This document shows positions 60,147 to 64,000 of a DNA stretch of 64,000 nucleotides, one piece after another (position 1 is the first letter of the stretch; each line of letters opens with the position of its first letter). The position numbers were made by a program, and so were the translations under genes. The notes beneath the pieces are model-generated. The model worked only from the letters and a program-made list of their open reading frames with translations. It did no database searches and had not been told where the DNA came from. This stretch comes from Lentisphaerota bacterium (GTDB lineage: Bacteria; Verrucomicrobiota; Kiritimatiellia; UBA8416; JAUUYL01), in assembly GCA_030590485.1 (NCBI GenBank), contig JAUUYL010000001.1, positions 21,760-85,759 on the forward strand, read 5' to 3'.

Positions 60147-61067
60147 TTACACTCGTTCAGCGACTCTCAGCTTTGCCGATCTCGCCCTTGAATTTCTTTC
60201 AATCTCTTCGGAAGACGGTTTTACAAACTTTCTTGTGACAAGCTTGACTACAGGCTCTTCGCCAACCCAAGCACTGCCGCCAGCCTGTAACGATTCCCAT
60301 CTTCCCACATGCTTCTTAAAAAACTGTTTTACTATCCTGTCCTCCAGGCTGTGATAACTGATCACCGCAAATCGCCCGCCCGACGGCAACAGGCCAAGAC
60401 CAGAAGCCAAACCACTTTCCAGCACCTCCAACTCCTTGTTTACATATATTCTCAGTGCCTGAAAAACCCGTGTAGCGGGATGAATCCTTCCGCGCCGCCC
60501 ACCAAATACCTTCTCAACAAGCTCGGCCAACTGGCCCGTAGTCCGAATCGGCCCATTCTTCCTCTCACGCACAATCGCCCTGGCAACAGGCATTGAACGT
60601 CGTTCTTCACCGTATTTTCTAAATATATCAGCCAGTTCCATCACATCCGCAGTATTAACTATGCTTTCAGCCGACATATCTTCCTCCATATTCATCCGCA
60701 TATCCAACGGACCATCATTTCTGATGCTGAATCCTCGCCCCCCAACATCCAACTGCTCCGAAGAAACGCCCAGATCCAGCAAAATTCCATCAACACGATC
60801 CAACCCGTTCGCCCGCGCCTTCTCCCCTATCTCCGAGAAATTCCCATGTACGACCTTTACCCTGTCGCCAAACTCATCCAATCTTTTGCTTGTCCGCTCA
60901 ACCGCTTCCGTATCCCTGTCTATCGCAAGAACAAAGGACCCTTCCTCCGCCTTTAACATTGCCGCAGAGTGACCACCGCTTCCTGCCGTTCCGTCGACAT
61001 AGACCCCGCCATCCTTCACATCAAGAAGCTCAAGCACTTCACTCACTAATACCGGAACATGCGCCAT
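60147..61067 (-). CDS. rsmH: 16S rRNA (cytosine1402-N4)-methyltransferase
   Basis: MAHVPVLVSEVLELL...VDGTAGSGGHS. Confidence 0.9.
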   Translation of the reverse strand: MAHVPVLVSEVLELLDVKDGGVYVDGTAGSGGHSAAMLKAEEGSFVLAIDRDTEAVERTSKRLDEFGDRVKVVHGNFSEIGEKARANGLDRVDGILLDLGVSSEQLDVGGRGFSIRNDGPLDMRMNMEEDMSAESIVNTADVMELADIFRKYGEERRSMPVARAIVRERKNGPIRTTGQLAELVEKVFGGRRGRIHPATRVFQALRIYVNKELEVLESGLASGLGLLPSGGRFAVISYHSLEDRIVKQFFKKHVGRWESLQAGGSAWVGEEPVVKLVTRKFVKPSSEEIERNSRARSAKLRVAERV

Positions 61068-61071
61068 ACAA

Positions 61072-61103
61072 CCTACTGCCTACTGCCTATTGCCTATTGC
61101 CTA
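61072..61103. repeat. heptanucleotide tandem repeat (CCTACTG x2, CCTATTG x2, CCTA) filling the mraZ-rsmH intergenic spacer
   Basis: Direct reading. On the coding (minus) strand it is TAGGCAA TAGGCAA TAGGCAG TAGGCAG TAGG, ending 4 nt before the rsmH ATG. Confidence 0.6.
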
Positions 61104-61105
61104 AA

Positions 61106-61585
61106 TTAGAAATCTATATATCTGCCTGCCTCCGCAAGCTGAGCCTGATCAATCTCACCAGTATCAGGACGGTTTTCAGGCTTCCACAACTGAAACTTCG
61201 CCATGGCACCAACCATCAACACCTGATCCTCTAAACCCGCAAATTCCAACAACCTGTCCTTAACCCTGATTCGCCCCTGCCCATCCCACGAAACCAAGTC
61301 AGACGCCGAACCTAAAATTCTCGCAAACTCCATCGCCTTCCTGTCAGACATGGAGTGCTTGCGCATCTTCTCCATCTTCTCCGCCATCACAGCCGCAGGG
61401 AAAACGTTCAAACACTTATGATAAAAATCAGGAAGCACAAAAAGCCCCTGCGGACCACTTACCTGCGTCCGCCATTCGGAAGGTATTGTCAGCCGTTTCT
61501 TAGGATCCAACGAATGCTGAAACTCCCCGAAAAACACACCTAACCCACTGGCTACACTATGCACATTACTGTCAGAACTGCCCAT
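61106..61585 (-). CDS. mraZ: transcriptional regulator MraZ
   Basis: FFGEFQHSLDPKKRLTIPSEWR and a second MraZ repeat. Start set at the internal ATG (MGSSDS...); track ORF 61106..61615 carries an atypical N-terminal extension. Confidence 0.8.
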   Translation of the reverse strand: MGSSDSNVHSVASGLGVFFGEFQHSLDPKKRLTIPSEWRTQVSGPQGLFVLPDFYHKCLNVFPAAVMAEKMEKMRKHSMSDRKAMEFARILGSASDLVSWDGQGRIRVKDRLLEFAGLEDQVLMVGAMAKFQLWKPENRPDTGEIDQAQLAEAGRYIDF

Positions 61586-61724
61586 CTTAACCCCTTTCTT
61601 GACACAATACACCACATTGACCCACCGATGTCAAACTATTTTTGAGGTTTTTCTGCTTTTTTTGATAACTAGAGCGTTTTAGCACCTTGCCTTTTAGGCT
61701 CATTTAAGGCATATTGCTCCACTT

Positions 61725-63401
61725 ATGAGCAAAAAACGCAAAATCACGCTTACAGCAGCCCTTCCGTACGCGAACGGAGAAATCCATATTGGACATTTGG
61801 TGGAATATCTCCAGGCTGACTTCTGGACTCGGTTTCAGAAATTGCGCGGTCACGAATGCCTCTATTTCTGCGCCGACGATACTCACGGGACACCCATTAT
61901 GATGAGAGCCCGCCAAGAGGGCATCACCCCAGAAGAGCTGATTGAACGCAACCACAAACAACATGTCCTCGACTTCACTGATTTCGGAGTGGATTTCGAC
62001 AACTATTTCACAACCCACTCGGATATCAACAGGGAGTTCTGCAGCGTTCTATACGAACATATAGAAAAGAACGGACATGCCGACATAAGATCTATCAATC
62101 AAACATACTGTAATCATGACAATATCTTCCTGCCAGACCGCTTTGTCAAAGGCACATGCCCAAATTGCAAGGCCAACAACCAATACGGCGACTCATGCGA
62201 CAGCTGCGGCTCGACTTACGCCCCTTCCGAACTAATCGACCCCGCTTGCTCAATCTGCGGCAACACACCAACCACAAAGGAATCTGAACATATATTCTTC
62301 AAACTTAATGACTTTAAAGAGTACCTTACCAATTGGCTTCCCACACACACACCAAAGGAAACCGCGAATAAACTGATGGAATGGTTCGATGAAGACCTCA
62401 AGGACTGGGACATTTCCAGAGATGCACCGTATTTCGGATTTGAAATACCTGGCCATCCGGGAAAATTCTTTTACGTATGGCTCGACGCGCCCGTCGGCTA
62501 CATGGCGTCAGCCAAGGACTGGTGTGATAAAAACAACCGGACTTTCGAGGAAATATGGAATGCAGATGACAGAGAACTCTATCACTTCATAGGCAAGGAT
62601 ATTGTCCGCTTCCATTGCCTGTTCTGGCCATCTATTCTCGATAACGCCGGATTTAAAACCCCGGACCAGGTGTTCGTACACGGATTTCTTACCGTTAATG
62701 GCGAGAAGATGAGCAAGTCTAAAGGAACTTTCATTAATGCACGCACATACCTGAACCACCTGGACCCGCTGTACCTGAGATTTTATTACGCGTGCAAATT
62801 AAACTCATCTTCGGATGATATCGACCTTAACTTCGACGATTTTATCGCGCGCGTAAATTCAGACCTTGTAGGCAAGATAACCAATCTAGCGTCCAGAGGC
62901 GCCCAGATGCTTAACAAGCACCTGGAGGGTAGAATAGGTGATTTGGATGAAGACGGAAAAGCCCTGGTCGATAACGCCCGGGCAAAGTCCGAAGAAATAG
63001 CCGCACATTATGAAGCACGCGATTTCAGCAAGGCTCTGGTAATCATTCGAGATATTGCAGATGAAGCGAACAGATATTTTGACGAAAAGGAGCCATGGAA
63101 GGCAATCAAAGCGGACCCGGAATCCGCACGCCCTATCCTCTCCGCAACCTTAAACCTTTTCAGACTTATCGCAATATACCTTAAACCGATATTGCCGGAG
63201 TACGCGGAAAAGACAGAAACACTGTTTAACGAATCCGCCTTCAACTGGCAATCGGCCCAAACTGTTATCACAAACCACCAGATTGAAAAATACGAATATC
63301 TGGCGTCGAGGATAGACCCCAAACAGGTCGACAAGATTATTGAAGAAACAAAGCACGAACTTGCGGCGGACAAAAAGATCAAAACCCAGCCACAACAGTG
63401 A
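61725..63401 (+). CDS. metG: methionine--tRNA ligase (short form, no C-terminal tRNA-binding domain)
   Basis: PYANGEIHIGHLVEY (HIGH), KMSKSKGT (KMSKS), zinc knuckles CPNCKA...CDSCG...CSICG. Confidence 0.95.
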   Translation: MSKKRKITLTAALPYANGEIHIGHLVEYLQADFWTRFQKLRGHECLYFCADDTHGTPIMMRARQEGITPEELIERNHKQHVLDFTDFGVDFDNYFTTHSDINREFCSVLYEHIEKNGHADIRSINQTYCNHDNIFLPDRFVKGTCPNCKANNQYGDSCDSCGSTYAPSELIDPACSICGNTPTTKESEHIFFKLNDFKEYLTNWLPTHTPKETANKLMEWFDEDLKDWDISRDAPYFGFEIPGHPGKFFYVWLDAPVGYMASAKDWCDKNNRTFEEIWNADDRELYHFIGKDIVRFHCLFWPSILDNAGFKTPDQVFVHGFLTVNGEKMSKSKGTFINARTYLNHLDPLYLRFYYACKLNSSSDDIDLNFDDFIARVNSDLVGKITNLASRGAQMLNKHLEGRIGDLDEDGKALVDNARAKSEEIAAHYEARDFSKALVIIRDIADEANRYFDEKEPWKAIKADPESARPILSATLNLFRLIAIYLKPILPEYAEKTETLFNESAFNWQSAQTVITNHQIEKYEYLASRIDPKQVDKIIEETKHELAADKKIKTQPQQ

Positions 63402-64000
63402 AAACAGACAAACTAACCAAAGAACGCGCCGTCCAAATCATCCTCAATGCCTTCCACAATGTAGAAGCAATATGGAATGACTCAAACTCACGAAAGCAAC
63501 AACTGCGGGAACTCCGAAGTCTATTGTCGCAAATGAACAGCGAGAAGGACCTCAACATCCCGTTTCTCACACGGCTCCACAAACACATTGACGAGAACAT
63601 ATCTCTAGAACAACTCTGGACATTGATGGTGCCCGTTGAACGAGAACATTCCAGAACCAATATTGTCGACGAGGATTTTCTCATCACCACCGACGACAGC
63701 ACATCAAAACACTCACACATGCCTGTTTCCGTAGTGCTGGACAACATCAGATCCTCTTTCAATATTGGCGGCATCTTCCGAACAGCAGATTGCGCGGGAC
63801 TCGAAAAGGTTTACCTGTGCGGTTATTCTGCAACACCCGACCAGCCCAAGGTCCAGAAGTCTTCGATGGGAACCCACAATTCCATGCAATGGGAAAAACA
63901 ACAGAACATTCTGAATCTAATTAAGCAGATGAAGATGAATTCAATCCAGGTCGTTGCGCTCGAGACAGTATCGTCGGCAACAGCGCCAGAAGACGCCGAC
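63398..64000 (+). CDS. TrmH/SpoU-family RNA 2'-O-methyltransferase, 5' part (runs off the window end); probable GTG start overlapping the metG stop (GTGA)
   Basis: Open frame to the window end. VVLDNIRSSFNIGGIFRTADCAGLEKVYLCGYS matches SpoU_methylase motif 1. Not in the ORF track (no stop, non-ATG start). Confidence 0.55.
   Translation, partial: MKTDKLTKERAVQIILNAFHNVEAIWNDSNSRKQQLRELRSLLSQMNSEKDLNIPFLTRLHKHIDENISLEQLWTLMVPVEREHSRTNIVDEDFLITTDDSTSKHSHMPVSVVLDNIRSSFNIGGIFRTADCAGLEKVYLCGYSATPDQPKVQKSSMGTHNSMQWEKQQNILNLIKQMKMNSIQVVALETVSSATAPEDAD

Noticed and set aside
61586-61615. Ten-codon N-terminal extension of MraZ (MVYCVKKGVK)
   Set aside because: MraZ proteins begin close to the first DUF (FxGxxxHxLDxKGR). 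The extension is atypical, so the internal ATG was preferred; either start is possible.

Overview
This 64-kb window is from a bacterial chromosome. I cannot place the taxon securely, but the sulfotransferase-rich glycan locus, the four-helix-bundle/IVS-type gene and the reduced dcw cluster are compatible with a marine PVC-type or similar Gram-negative organism. The left ~42 kb (1929..42817) is a very large, mostly minus-strand surface-glycan (capsule/EPS/O-antigen-like) biosynthesis super-locus headed by a GbsR/MarR-type regulator. It contains a CMP-sugar cytidylyltransferase, two SDR epimerases (one frameshifted), WecB, a divergently oriented CapD/PglF dehydratase, nine GT4-type glycosyltransferases (one interrupted by an in-frame TAG), five PAPS-type sulfotransferases, four SAM methyltransferases (one TylF-like), a B12-binding radical-SAM enzyme, two DUF115/MptE-like putative transferases (one fused to a D-2-hydroxyacid dehydrogenase), an acetyltransferase, a CE4-like deacetylase, a FemAB/GNAT-like protein, both an ABC exporter and a Wzx flippase, an initiating phosphoglycosyltransferase, a Wzz-like protein and four Wzy/WaaL-like membrane proteins. 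The middle of the window holds an AbiEi/AbiEii module nested between two fragments of a degraded Y1 (IS200/RAYT-like) transposase, a secreted hypothetical protein, yifB/comM, and a four-helix-bundle gene flanked by ~30-bp inverted repeats (IVS-like element) whose stop overlaps the yifB start. The right ~16 kb holds exbB-exbD-tonB, a partial dcw cluster (mraZ-rsmH-ftsL-ftsI-murE-murF-small ORF-mraY-murD-LysM-ftsW), and then metG and the start of a TrmH-family RNA methyltransferase on the plus strand. I found no rRNA, tRNA or CRISPR array. All functional calls rest on motif recognition in the supplied translations and have not been checked against a database.
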